A stretch of DNA of 64,000 bases from an uncultured Oleiphilus sp. (GTDB lineage: Bacteria > Pseudomonadota > Gammaproteobacteria > Pseudomonadales > Oleiphilaceae), in NCBI GenBank assembly GCA_913020045.1, contig CAJWBE010000017.1, positions 1,493-65,492 of the forward strand, in the 5' to 3' direction. Below the pieces are notes generated by a model. It saw only the letters and a list, made by a program, of their open reading frames with translations, had not been told where the DNA came from and made no database searches. Positions 1 to 9,661 of this stretch are shown here, in pieces. How positions within the stretch are numbered: the first letter of the stretch is position 1; every line of letters begins with the position of its first letter. The position numbers and the translations under genes are program-made.

Positions 1-581
1 CGATTAAGCACCGTATTGGAATCGACGAGTTCGACTCAGAGCAGTTCTTAGTGGATTTCGTTGGCACGGTGAAAGAGTCTGGCTGCCAAACCTTTATTGT
101 CCATGCACGAAAAGCGATTCTCGATGGCTTAAGCCCTAAAGAAAATAGAGAAATCCCACCGCTAAACTATGACAGGGTGTACCGGATGAAACAGCACTAC
201 CCCGACTTAGAAATTATTATTAACGGCGGAATAAAAACATTAGCAGATTGCCAAACGCATCTTAAGTATGTTGACGGGGTCATGGTCGGCAGAGAAGCAT
301 ATCAACACCCATGGCTAATCTCCGAGATCGACACCGAAATCTATGACGATGAATGCTCACCACACTACAGCCGAAAAAGTGTCATTGAAGCGATGTATCC
401 CTATTTAGAAAACCAGCTAAGCCAAGGACAGAAACTAAACTACATGACCCGTCATTTGCTCGGTATCTTTCATGGACAGCCGGGTGGAAAACAGTTTCGC
501 CGGTATATCAGTGAAAACGCGCACTTACCGGGAGCGGACATCGGCGTACTGCGTCGAGCACTCGATTTGGTCAAAGAGTAA
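1..581 (+). CDS. dusA: tRNA-dihydrouridine synthase A, C-terminal part (5' end lies outside the window)
   Basis: The frame is open from base 3 (IKHRIGIDEFDSEQFLVDFVGT...). FIVHARKAILDGLSPKENREIPPLNY and INGGIKTL...VDGVMVGREAY are motifs I recognise from the DusA TIM barrel. Confidence 0.9.
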   Translation, partial: IKHRIGIDEFDSEQFLVDFVGTVKESGCQTFIVHARKAILDGLSPKENREIPPLNYDRVYRMKQHYPDLEIIINGGIKTLADCQTHLKYVDGVMVGREAYQHPWLISEIDTEIYDDECSPHYSRKSVIEAMYPYLENQLSQGQKLNYMTRHLLGIFHGQPGGKQFRRYISENAHLPGADIGVLRRALDLVKE

Positions 582-612
582 CCAAACACTCCCGACACCA
601 TTAAAAACTTTG

Positions 613-640
613 AAAACTTCTTCATACTTATGAAGTTTTT
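613..640 (+). terminator. Weak AT-rich hairpin plus T-run downstream of dusA
   Basis: aaaacttc (613-620) pairs with gaagtttt (632-639) across an 11-nt loop and runs into ttttt. The stem is AT-rich, so the call is tentative. Confidence 0.35.
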
Positions 641-728
641 GGGATTTACCCTACTTGCGTTTCACTGCTAAATCATTGACTCTTTAAGCTAAGACATACC
701 CATTAAGAACACCAAAAGAAGATATAAA

Positions 729-1685
729 ATGGCCAGTAAACTTACGCAGTTAAAAGAAATGACAACGGTTGTCGCAGACACCGGCGATATCGAAGCAATT
801 AAGCAATGGACACCGGTTGATGCAACCACCAACCCCTCTTTACTGCTTAAAGCCGCAGCGATGGCACAGTATCAACATTTATTAAATGCCTCAGCATCAT
901 ATGCCAGAGATCAGGTTACCGGCACTGACGCACAAGCAGCCCTGTCGTGCGATCACCTAGCCGTTTCGATCGGAAAAGAAATTCTTCAGGTCATTCCGGG
1001 TCGTATCTCTACGGAGGTCGATGCCCGACTATCATTTGATACCGCCGCCACGATTGAAAAAGCCAAACAATTGATTAGCTTGTACGAAGCACAAGGCGTT
1101 ACGCGAGACAGGGTGCTAATCAAAATAGCGTCAACTTGGGAAGGAATTAAAGCGGCTGAAATTCTTGAGAGCCAAGGCATTAACTGTAACCTGACGCTCT
1201 TGTTTAGTTTCGCCCAAGCAGTCGCAGCCGCAGAAGCTGGCGCTTATCTAATATCGCCATTTGTTGGCAGAATTCTTGATTGGTACAAAGCCAGCACCGG
1301 CAAAGCATCATATCCGGCCGATGAAGACCCCGGTGTCGTTTCTGTCACTAAGATTTACGACTACTATAAGTCACACGGTTATCAAACCATTGTAATGGGC
1401 GCTAGCTTTAGAAATCTCGATGAAATCGAACAGCTTGCTGGTTGCGACCGACTAACAATCAGTCCAGACCTGCTCGCAAAGTTAGATAATGACCCAGGAG
1501 AGCTCAAACGCGTGCTGTCGCCAAGCAAACTCGGCGCAGAACAGCCAACGCCGTTAACTGAGTCATCGTTCCGCTGGCAGCATAACGATGACGCCATGGC
1601 GACTGAAAAACTTGCAGAAGGCATTCGAAAATTTGCGGAGGACCAAGTAAAGCTTGAGAACCTAATGAGAGAGCGACTATCTTGA
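729..1685 (+). CDS. talB: Transaldolase B
   Basis: 318 aa. [43 protein letters not shown] and [11 protein letters not shown] are typical of class I transaldolase. Confidence 0.95.
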   Translation: MASKLTQLKEMTTVVADTGDIEAIKQWTPVDATTNPSLLLKAAAMAQYQHLLNASASYARDQVTGTDAQAALSCDHLAVSIGKEILQVIPGRISTEVDARLSFDTAATIEKAKQLISLYEAQGVTRDRVLIKIASTWEGIKAAEILESQGINCNLTLLFSFAQAVAAAEAGAYLISPFVGRILDWYKASTGKASYPADEDPGVVSVTKIYDYYKSHGYQTIVMGASFRNLDEIEQLAGCDRLTISPDLLAKLDNDPGELKRVLSPSKLGAEQPTPLTESSFRWQHNDDAMATEKLAEGIRKFAEDQVKLENLMRERLS

Positions 1686-2128
1686 TTGAAAAACTAAAGA
1701 AACTATTTGCTGCGACAAAGCACGATTCAGTAGAACAGTCCGACGAATCCATTCGCCTTGCCTGCTTAGTCATGATGCTGGAAACGGCTAAAGCGGATCA
1801 CTCCTTAGACAAGGATGAACTGTCCGCGATCCAGCTATACGCCGAACAGCATTTTGAGCTAGACCCAGAGACAGTCAAAATGCTCGTCCAAGAAGCGAAA
1901 CAAAAAGCAGACCACGCGACGTCTCTATATGAGTTCACCTCGCTGATCAATGAAAACTTCGATGAGCCTAAAAAGTATCAAGTCATTCAGTCGATGTGGC
2001 GCGTCGCCTACGCCGACGGCCAGATTGACCGCTATGAAGAGCATATTATTCGGCGTGCAGCCGACCTTTTGTATGTTGAGCACGCTCGCTTTATTGAAGC
2101 GAAGTTATCGATCAAGCCTCACGAATAG
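1682..2128 (+). CDS. TerB-family (tellurite-resistance-like / DjlA N-domain-like) protein
   Basis: 148 aa. The TTG start overlaps the talB stop. [18 protein letters not shown] ... [25 protein letters not shown] is the paired-helix TerB pattern. Confidence 0.65.
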   Translation: MIEKLKKLFAATKHDSVEQSDESIRLACLVMMLETAKADHSLDKDELSAIQLYAEQHFELDPETVKMLVQEAKQKADHATSLYEFTSLINENFDEPKKYQVIQSMWRVAYADGQIDRYEEHIIRRAADLLYVEHARFIEAKLSIKPHE

Positions 2129-2137
2129 AGCCAGACC

Positions 2138-2863
2138 ATGATCATTGTTGGCCACCGGGGCGCTCGCAATGAAGCACCCGAAAACACACTTGAGTCGTTC
2201 GTCCATGCTTATCAGCATGGCTGCCGTCACTTTGAACTCGATGTGCAGCTAAGCCAAGACAAGCAGCTTATAGTTTTTCACGACACCACGCTGAAACGCA
2301 CAACCGGACACCGCGGTCGAATGACCGACTTCACGGCACAAGAACTCAGCAATTTTGATGCAAGACTTAACACACCCGGCTGGCCCCGACCTTGCCCTAT
2401 TCCTGCGTTAAAAACCGTTGTCGAAGCTCTTCCCGATGTTTCTCACTGGCAGTTTGAAGTCAAAACCGATAGCCGGTTACGTCTTTCGATTGTTGCTGAG
2501 CAACTTGTTCACTTTATCAGCGCTTTCGATTTAAAAAAGCGAGCAACCATCACATCGTCAAACCGATGGTTTCTCAAGCAGGTCAAAAAACGAAGCACAC
2601 GATCGTCGACTGGACTCGTTGCCGAAAGTCGACTTTATGACCCGGTTAAATCGGCTACCGCACTCGGTTGCGACTATCTATGCCTAAGTGACAAGCTTGT
2701 CTCGGCCAAACGAGTGCATGATGCCAGACAAAAAGGCCTACATTGCTCGGTCTGGACGATAAATGATTTAAAAAGAATGAATGAACTGCGGCACTTAGGT
2801 GTGGATAGCGTCATTACGGATGTGCCAAGCAAGGCGCTCAAGTTTATGAGCGCCTCCGTTTAA
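2138..2863 (+). CDS. Glycerophosphodiester phosphodiesterase family protein
   Basis: The N-terminus IVGHRGARNEAPENTLESF ... FELDVQLSQDKQLIVFHD is the GDPD catalytic signature. Confidence 0.85.
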   Translation: MIIVGHRGARNEAPENTLESFVHAYQHGCRHFELDVQLSQDKQLIVFHDTTLKRTTGHRGRMTDFTAQELSNFDARLNTPGWPRPCPIPALKTVVEALPDVSHWQFEVKTDSRLRLSIVAEQLVHFISAFDLKKRATITSSNRWFLKQVKKRSTRSSTGLVAESRLYDPVKSATALGCDYLCLSDKLVSAKRVHDARQKGLHCSVWTINDLKRMNELRHLGVDSVITDVPSKALKFMSASV

Positions 2864-2865
2864 TG

Positions 2866-3822
2866 TTAGCTTGGGAATAGTTCGAAGGAGTAACGAAATT
2901 TCTGCTGTTGTGCGCCAGATTTATCACCAAAATTAACCAGCAATAAGCGATTACAGATTTTCGATTCCAGGTCAGGCTCATTAAGCGTGCTCTCTTCCAT
3001 CTTACAGCTAGAAACCGCACCCGACTCTTCGATCACTAAGAGTGGCGTAATCAAACCCTGTAACGATGGTTTTTTGCGAAGCGCGCGATCATAAATCCGT
3101 TGTATTGCTGATTTATTAGCATCCATTGTGCGACGTATTTCTTCCGTCGATCGCCCTGCGACGACTTGTTGGGCCGCCTCTTCTTCCACCACTGCTGCAA
3201 ACACTTCATCGGCCTCAGCTACTTCAGTCACAGCGCGAGACGCTAAGCTCAATGATTGCGTTTCGGTTGTTAACTGGGTTTCATCCACACCAGCGCTACG
3301 TTGGGCAGAAGTCGCTCGTGAAGCAAGTTTATCATTCACCTTACGGGCAATAGGTTTAGCCGTAATCGTCTTCGGTGTATCCAATTTAACTGTGTCAGCT
3401 AAAGCGCTTAGCTTTGATAGCTGCGAGCTCATTGCAAGTAAACCAGACTTCTTTGCTTTCTCCCGCGCCAGTTTTACGTCTTTCTTCTTCGGTTTCGGCT
3501 TAGGTTTTTTGGCTACCTTAGGCTCCGGTTTTTTCTTGGGCTTAGGTTTCTCAGCAACTTTTTCCTCGGGTTTTGGCTCGGGTTTCTTCTCTTCTTTTTT
3601 CTTGATAATAGGCTTTGGTAACTCTTTCTTTTTAAGAACTACTTTTGCCAGTTGTGGTGGAAGTTTTTCCAACTCTTCGCGCTTTTGCTCAGGCAGGTTG
3701 GTCAAGCTTACAAACACAGCCACAAGCAAAAACACTGGCACCACTGCCGCCATAATGCGGATTAGTCGGCGCTTTTCCCCTTTCTCGGGATTCCACGGTA
3801 AGCCTTGGCGTACAAAAATCAC
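2866..3822 (-). CDS. TonB-like energy transducer with an AgmX/PglI-type C-terminal domain
   Basis: It has an N-terminal TM helix (IMAAVVPVFLLVAVFVSL) and a Lys/Pro/Glu rod (KKEEKKPEPKPEEKVAEKPKPKKKPEPKVAKKPKPKPKKK). The C-terminus IQRIYDRALRKKPSLQGLITPLLVIEESGAVSSCKMEES...ICNRLLLVNF looks more like the AgmX/PglI pattern than the canonical TonB_C YP..A motif. Confidence 0.75.
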   Translation of the reverse strand: MIFVRQGLPWNPEKGEKRRLIRIMAAVVPVFLLVAVFVSLTNLPEQKREELEKLPPQLAKVVLKKKELPKPIIKKKEEKKPEPKPEEKVAEKPKPKKKPEPKVAKKPKPKPKKKDVKLAREKAKKSGLLAMSSQLSKLSALADTVKLDTPKTITAKPIARKVNDKLASRATSAQRSAGVDETQLTTETQSLSLASRAVTEVAEADEVFAAVVEEEAAQQVVAGRSTEEIRRTMDANKSAIQRIYDRALRKKPSLQGLITPLLVIEESGAVSSCKMEESTLNEPDLESKICNRLLLVNFGDKSGAQQQKFRYSFELFPS

Positions 3823-3824
3823 GA

Positions 3825-4325
3825 TTAAGCCTCCTGTGCAACCTGGCGACTAACGGCTAGCGAAATGCTCGCATAACCCGCATCAACGCAAGTCGACATA
3901 ATTTTCTTTAGCAACTCATAAGGCAGTTCTTTGTCAGCAACAATCGTGATAGGGCGCCCTGCATCTGGCGCTGGAGAGCGAGCTCTCGCCGATTGATAGT
4001 CAAGCTCCGCTTTTAAAAGGGGCTCAACATCGCCGTCAAAAGCACGCATATCAGCGACTTTTACGATGGGTCGACCACCTACCAAAATATTTTCGCCCGT
4101 CACTGCAAGCGCAAGCGCTTCTTTAGGCATTTGGTCGGCATTCGATACTGGTAATTCGATTTTCTTATTCTGGTTAAGAACTTGAACATCGGAAGAAGAG
4201 TTAACCATCAAGAAAAAAACCAAAATGGTAAAAATATCCATCAACGAAACAAGGTTCAGCTTGCTCTGGTTCTTCCCACGACGCTGATGCCGTTGAATCC
4301 GTTTAGCCTTGGCAGACTCTTTCAT
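3825..4325 (-). CDS. exbD: ExbD/TolR family biopolymer transport protein
   Basis: 166 aa. LNLVSLMDIFTILVFFLMV contains the single TM helix with the conserved Asp. The ATGA overlaps the upstream exbD. Confidence 0.9.
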   Translation of the reverse strand: MKESAKAKRIQRHQRRGKNQSKLNLVSLMDIFTILVFFLMVNSSSDVQVLNQNKKIELPVSNADQMPKEALALAVTGENILVGGRPIVKVADMRAFDGDVEPLLKAELDYQSARARSPAPDAGRPITIVADKELPYELLKKIMSTCVDAGYASISLAVSRQVAQEA

Positions 4326-4867
4326 GATTTCACCTTGCTTTGTTCCATGTGGTCTTTGTTCGCAACATTGTCGCTCTCACCCACTATGTTCGGAGCATCC
4401 GCGATGGAAACCTCAGGAAATAACTCTGCGTAAACCACACTGCCTGCCAATACCGTCTGAAATGCTCGCACCGTATCCATGACCGTGACCAAGGTCTGAT
4501 AAGAGGTATTCTGCATAGCCATAATAGTAATGTCCTTCTTCTCAGGAACGCGTGCTTTGATGTCCTGCATGACACGGCCAAGCAAATCAAAGTCATAGCC
4601 CTTGTCGCGGCTAGGAATCTGCTTAATCACCCCACCCTTGTTATCTGAAACAACTAACTGATCTTCGAGGATAATCACCTGGAGCTGAAGCGCTTTATCC
4701 AGATCAGTGGACGAATTCGCCGCATCTGGAAAGTTTAACTCCAGCACTGAGGTATGTGCGATGATCATGTTGATCAACAGAATAGGCACCAACACGATCA
4801 TGAGGTTCATGAACGCAGTAATGTCTAAATCTGCTTCCGCTTGATGGCGTCGTAATCGACGTTTCAT
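4322..4867 (-). CDS. exbD: ExbD/TolR family biopolymer transport protein (second paralog)
   Basis: 181 aa. DITAFMNLMIVLVPILLI is followed by a periplasmic domain. Confidence 0.9.
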   Translation of the reverse strand: MKRRLRRHQAEADLDITAFMNLMIVLVPILLINMIIAHTSVLELNFPDAANSSTDLDKALQLQVIILEDQLVVSDNKGGVIKQIPSRDKGYDFDLLGRVMQDIKARVPEKKDITIMAMQNTSYQTLVTVMDTVRAFQTVLAGSVVYAELFPEVSIADAPNIVGESDNVANKDHMEQSKVKS

Positions 4868-4896
4868 AGCCTACTCCCGCTCACGCGATAATTACT

Positions 4897-5592
4897 TCAA
4901 ACAGCCGGAGCGGCTTGCGCACCAAGCGTCGGCTCTTGAGGTTTTGCCGCCTGACGAACTGGCGCCGACGAGCGTTCGCTAATCAAGTTCATGACCTTGA
5001 CGCCTGCCATCTCAAAACTATCAACGATTTCGTTAGTCTTGGTCTGCAATACAGAATGAATCAGCAATAAAGGAATCGCCGCAATCAAACCAAATGCGGT
5101 TGTGTTCATTGCCACAGAAATACTTTGCGAGAGCAAAGACGCTTTTTCAGCAGGGTCTGCCGATGCCACGGCCGTAAACGCTGCGATCAAGCCAATAATG
5201 GTTCCGAGCAGACCAAGTAAAGTGGAAACGTTAGCAAGTGTCGCGAGATACTGCGTTCGTTTTTCTAGACGAGGCATTGTTTCAAGCAGCCCCTCTTCCA
5301 TCGCATACTCAATTTCTTCACGTGGTTGTTTGCGCGCTAATCGCTGTAAACCAGCTCCGACCATTGTGCCCATGGCACTATCGGAGTCAGACGCATACTT
5401 TAATGCGCCGTTTAACTCTTTGCCTCGGATCATTCCATATAACTTATCGAAAACGGTTCGGTTACTTCGCTTTGCAATGGTGAGATAGGTATATCGTTCA
5501 ACGGCGATTATGACGCCCACTAACAATACAATTGAAATCGGATACATGAAGAAACCGCCCTCTTGGAAAAAGCGGATAGTGGTCTCAATCAT
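4897..5592 (-). CDS. exbB: MotA/TolQ/ExbB proton-channel protein
   Basis: FMYPISIVLLVGVIIAVERY ... STLLGLLGTIIGLIAAF ... AMNTTAFGLIAAIPLL is the ExbB/TolQ signature. I prefer the ATG at 5592, which has AGGAG 8 nt upstream, over the ORF-track start at 5637. Confidence 0.9.
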   Translation of the reverse strand: MIETTIRFFQEGGFFMYPISIVLLVGVIIAVERYTYLTIAKRSNRTVFDKLYGMIRGKELNGALKYASDSDSAMGTMVGAGLQRLARKQPREEIEYAMEEGLLETMPRLEKRTQYLATLANVSTLLGLLGTIIGLIAAFTAVASADPAEKASLLSQSISVAMNTTAFGLIAAIPLLLIHSVLQTKTNEIVDSFEMAGVKVMNLISERSSAPVRQAAKPQEPTLGAQAAPAV

Positions 5593-5857
5593 TGCGTGGT
5601 CACTCCTGTAGGATGATTGATTCAAAAAGAAATTCACTGCCCTGCGCTAAATACAGCTCAATAGCGATAAATTACGACAATGTGAAAAAGTGTAGAACGA
5701 ACAAGAAGAAATTGCGGTGATATCTAATGTGCTTTTTGTTGCGTTTTGTGTTCATGGCGATCCTTGCACAAACAAAATGTGACACGCGTCATCTTAATCA
5801 GATAAAAACACTGGATAAACACGTATTTGAGCTGGGCGCATTAATCGCCCTCTATTT

Positions 5858-6187
5858 CTAACGCTTCACGTCGAGCTTTGGGCTCTTCATGAATTGCTCA
5901 TGATACCCAATAAGTCGTTGAAATTCAGTTCTTTCTAATGGTTCTAGTCCTCGCTGAACAGCGAAATTTCTCTCAGGAGCCTCAATCCCTTGAATCTCAG
6001 GATTCTGCCATGGCACCAAATAAAGAATCGTAGGAAGTTCTTGATTCCCTCTAATTTTAGCGCCTTCAATGGTAATAATTTCATCTTCGGCCCAAGCCGT
6101 CTGAAATCCAAGCACCATAACAGCGCTTAGCAAAACGCCACATATCGCTCGACAATTAAGCTCAACTAAACTGAGTTTATCGATCAT
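5858..6187 (-). CDS. Small secreted protein, unknown function
   Basis: 109 aa with a signal peptide (AICGVLLSAVMVLGFQTAWA). The ATGA overlaps the upstream TPR gene. Confidence 0.5.
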   Translation of the reverse strand: MIDKLSLVELNCRAICGVLLSAVMVLGFQTAWAEDEIITIEGAKIRGNQELPTILYLVPWQNPEIQGIEAPERNFAVQRGLEPLERTEFQRLIGYHEQFMKSPKLDVKR

Positions 6188-6843
6188 GCTCCATCCTCCA
6201 AACGCCGCTTGAGGTCGAAAATCCAGTCCTTCACCTGAGAATCTGGTTTATCTAACATAGACTGATATTGCTCATAGAGTGGCAAAGCTTCTTGTAAACG
6301 GCCTAAATACAGGTCAAGCAGTATCGCTAGATTGCGAATAGCTGGCAGGTAGCTAGGGTCTGCCGCCAATGACTGTCGATAAAACGCCTCTGACGCCTCA
6401 AACTTTCCCGACTCTCTAGCCAGTACACCTTTTAAATTAAGCGCCTGTTTATGATCAGGTTTCTGCTTGAGAACTTCGGCTAGCGCGGCCTCAGCATCGT
6501 CATTCTTTTCCTCCAACAACGCAATCTGCGCCAAATTAAAACGCGGATTAATCAGCGCGGGCCGGGCTTCCAAAATTTCTATATAAGCCTCTTTCGCATC
6601 CTCTAACTGGCCCTCACGTTGCATGTTTAGTGCGGCAATGAACTGTTGCTCAAGACGCGAGTTTTCTTTCTGCTTCAGCACATCGGCATCCGACGCTATC
6701 GGTTCTTTTTTTGAAAGCTGAGAACAACCTGCCATCAGTAAGACCAACAAGCTGCACGAGAAATACTTACTCGCCAAGGAAAAACCCTCGGTTAGGCTTG
6801 TGCGAGTGAAAAATGAAACTGGCAACAATTTACTCAAAGACAT
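6184..6843 (-). CDS. TPR-repeat lipoprotein
   Basis: Lipobox LLMAGC. It has TPR-like repeats (EDAKEAYIEILEARP, AEAALAEVLKQKPDH, ASEAFYRQSLAADPSY). It overlaps the upstream gene end by 14 nt. Confidence 0.75.
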   Translation of the reverse strand: MSLSKLLPVSFFTRTSLTEGFSLASKYFSCSLLVLLMAGCSQLSKKEPIASDADVLKQKENSRLEQQFIAALNMQREGQLEDAKEAYIEILEARPALINPRFNLAQIALLEEKNDDAEAALAEVLKQKPDHKQALNLKGVLARESGKFEASEAFYRQSLAADPSYLPAIRNLAILLDLYLGRLQEALPLYEQYQSMLDKPDSQVKDWIFDLKRRLEDGA

Positions 6844-9661
6844 CGGCTAGCTCCTGCTTTAATTCCGCTTTGTCGTAACGACCTGGCAAAAGCTCCTTCA
6901 GCGAAATAAAGCTATTCTTAACCCACTCATCATAAATACCACTCCAGCTTCGACTCGCATTCTGCTCATGAATATCGATGGCATTCTCTTCAAAAGGAAA
7001 GGCCTGTTCCTCCAGCAGAATTTCATACTGCTCAAGCTCGAGTGCGTTAAGACCACCTGGACGATCTGAGTCCATTAAGTCACGGCTCAACTGCGCATAG
7101 ATATCTGCCATACGATAACCAGCCTCAGTAGCAAACGAAGAGACCCCATAGCTGGCAGTCTTCTTGAATGCGGCCATCGCTTTTTCCAACGCTTTTGTTT
7201 TCTTAACCATCGTGACATTCAATGGCAACTTAAGCTTAATCGCCTTATAGCGAGTAAATGCATCGTTCGCCAACACTGACGAAGCAGACGCTGCCAAGTA
7301 AATCATTCTGTCATCCGCCTTTGACCCCAATCGATCGACTGTTTTCATCATCTTCGCTAACCAAAACCGGCGTTTAATAGGCTCGTCATTCTCTTCATAA
7401 ATCTCAGCCAAACGGTTTGCCGCCTCCATATAAACGTCTGCGGGCTCTGGATAGGTGTTGGCATAGCTACGATAATTATCAATGGCTTTATCGACATTCT
7501 TCGCTCTGTCGTATAGCTCAGCGGCAATGAACAACGTTTCCTGTTTTTCTTTCTCTGTTTTAGCGAGCGATATCATTACCTTCAGCTCATCGGCTGCCAA
7601 CTCCCATTGTTCGGTCTCTCGGTAAGCCAACGCCATCTTAGGAACTAAGGTATTTAATTGCAGATGCTGTGGATAGCGACCACGAAACAGTTTCATTTGC
7701 TCGATCGCGGATGACCAATTTTTCAACTCAACGAGGTAGGCAATCGCATCATACTCTGCGTTGGTTCGCAGCGTTGACGTTGGCGCGACTTGCCCCACAC
7801 GCAACAACTCTAAAATTGCGCCTTGTTTGTCTCCTGCCAATAGACGACCCTCGGCTTGCCTGAATACTGTCGCGGCAAGGTTCTCAATCAATGCAGGCTT
7901 ACGCTTATCGCCTTTACCTAGCGCAGCTAAAGCAGACGCATAGGCCCCTTCAGCACGAAGGTAATCTTGCAACGCGTACAAACTGTGCGCTTTGATAATT
8001 TTGGTTTCCAACAATACAGTGGGTGTTGGACTTGGCAACCACACTAACAGTTGATCGGCTAGTTCAATGCTTTGCTCATAACGCTTTTCAGAGAAGGCAA
8101 ACTGCGTGGCGACATACAGTACATCCGCAGCACGCTTATCTGCGTGATGTTGCCTAACAAACAATAATCTGTTCAGCTGCTGACGCTGACGGTTTTCATA
8201 CCACTGCTCTGGACGTTCGGGAGACCAAGTTTTTGCAAACTCGCGATAAGCCAAAATTGCCGCATAAGCCGACTCGGCTGCATTTTCATAGTCTGGAAAG
8301 TCGTAACCCGCCGCTTCAAAAGCGCCGATTGCGAAGGCCCAATTACCCAGCTGAACATGACACTCACCTAACAAGAACAATGAGTTAGCCGTATTTTCAT
8401 GCGAAGGAAACGTATCGACAAACGCTTGATAATACTTCGCGGCTTGCGAATAGTTAGCTTGGCTCTTAGTACGCTCTCCTGTCTTCGCGCTGCGCTGAGC
8501 AATAACGTAATGACGATTAGCAAGCTCTGGCAACAGCAGCTCCAGCTGGCTGTATACGAAGGTTAAATCTTTGTCTTGGTTATCAAACCAATACGGACTT
8601 CCCAGCCCGTACTCATCTACAAACCGCACCTTCTCTTCGAGAATATTGGCTTTAAAACCTGCTTTTTGAAGCGTATGAATCACGTTAACTTGATAGCGAG
8701 GCGCCCATAAACTCAACGGATGAAGTGCAATAAATCGCTGATAGACTTCAATGGCATCGGTGTACTGTTCTTTCCCGATTAGCAAATCACTGTATCGATC
8801 GTAAACAACGATTTCGTAGGCCTTAGGACCCGTTGTCGCAAACAACTCTTCAAGCGCATCTGCTCCGCCTAAGTAAGAAAACGATAGCCCCATCACACGA
8901 AATAGGTCTTCAACCATCGTACGATGTCTAGACTCAACATCCGCTAAGGCCATACTTTTCGGCATCGCCATATCTAATACATCAGCAAAGGCTAGCAAGG
9001 ACTTCTTATAAGCATTTTGCTTAAATAAGCTCCACCCTTTCATATAATTAGCATTCATCAAAAACGGTGATGCGCCCTGATGAATCACAAACTGAAAAGC
9101 CTGTTGAGCAGAGCGATAATGGCCCAATGTAAACAGGATTTCGCCTCGTCTAAATTGCACTTCCGTGGCATAAACAGATTCAGGAAACTGCTCAATCAAA
9201 GCATTCAAGGTAAGCAAATGTTCGTCAACATTACCTTTTAGGTCGTGGGTTTTCGCCAACTGGTAGTAGACTTGATCATTGACCTCTCGGTCAGGGTATT
9301 TCGCAAGTAAGCCTTCATAGGCACTGACCGCGACATCCAACTCATCAATGGCTTGGTCTGCCATTAACTCTTCACCCTTTATTAGTTTCAAGTCTGCTAG
9401 GCGATGAAGCACACTTAATTGCTCCTCTGGATCTGTCAGGAGAGGCAGTAATCGAGTGTAGTTATCAATAACAACTTGAACATCGAGTGGCTCATCGACT
9501 CTGCTCGACAATACCGCTGGTTCAATATCACTTGGTTGAAGCGATTCAAGCCGCGTCGGGTCAAGTTGCGGCTGTTCCGGCGTCGTTTCAAACATCTGGC
9601 ACCCGCTCAAACCCAGCACCAGCATTAACCAGAACGACTGCCTCATTGCTCTTGTTATCAT
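6830..9661 (-). CDS. Large (943 aa) multi-TPR lipoprotein
   Basis: Lipobox LGLSGC. Helical TPR-like repeats run through the whole length (YYQLAKTH, AQQAFQFVI, AIEVYQRFIALHP, AAKYYQAFVDTFP, AIDNYRSYANTYP). The ATGA overlaps the upstream gene. Confidence 0.8.
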   Translation of the reverse strand: MITRAMRQSFWLMLVLGLSGCQMFETTPEQPQLDPTRLESLQPSDIEPAVLSSRVDEPLDVQVVIDNYTRLLPLLTDPEEQLSVLHRLADLKLIKGEELMADQAIDELDVAVSAYEGLLAKYPDREVNDQVYYQLAKTHDLKGNVDEHLLTLNALIEQFPESVYATEVQFRRGEILFTLGHYRSAQQAFQFVIHQGASPFLMNANYMKGWSLFKQNAYKKSLLAFADVLDMAMPKSMALADVESRHRTMVEDLFRVMGLSFSYLGGADALEELFATTGPKAYEIVVYDRYSDLLIGKEQYTDAIEVYQRFIALHPLSLWAPRYQVNVIHTLQKAGFKANILEEKVRFVDEYGLGSPYWFDNQDKDLTFVYSQLELLLPELANRHYVIAQRSAKTGERTKSQANYSQAAKYYQAFVDTFPSHENTANSLFLLGECHVQLGNWAFAIGAFEAAGYDFPDYENAAESAYAAILAYREFAKTWSPERPEQWYENRQRQQLNRLLFVRQHHADKRAADVLYVATQFAFSEKRYEQSIELADQLLVWLPSPTPTVLLETKIIKAHSLYALQDYLRAEGAYASALAALGKGDKRKPALIENLAATVFRQAEGRLLAGDKQGAILELLRVGQVAPTSTLRTNAEYDAIAYLVELKNWSSAIEQMKLFRGRYPQHLQLNTLVPKMALAYRETEQWELAADELKVMISLAKTEKEKQETLFIAAELYDRAKNVDKAIDNYRSYANTYPEPADVYMEAANRLAEIYEENDEPIKRRFWLAKMMKTVDRLGSKADDRMIYLAASASSVLANDAFTRYKAIKLKLPLNVTMVKKTKALEKAMAAFKKTASYGVSSFATEAGYRMADIYAQLSRDLMDSDRPGGLNALELEQYEILLEEQAFPFEENAIDIHEQNASRSWSGIYDEWVKNSFISLKELLPGRYDKAELKQELADVFE

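Noticed and set aside
3128-3853. A 241-aa plus-strand ORF (and a 75-aa ORF at 3126-3353) opposite the TonB-like gene.
   Set aside because: The translation is low-complexity (SSGFGSGFFSSFF...), the mirror image of the Lys/Pro/Glu rod codons. It has no RBS and no recognisable domain. The minus-strand frame has a TM helix, a rod and a conserved C-terminal domain.
5593-5857. A Fur box upstream of exbB (the segment gataaattacgacaatg).
   Set aside because: It matches the 19-bp GATAATGATAATCATTATC consensus at too few positions to be credible, so I make no iron-regulation claim.
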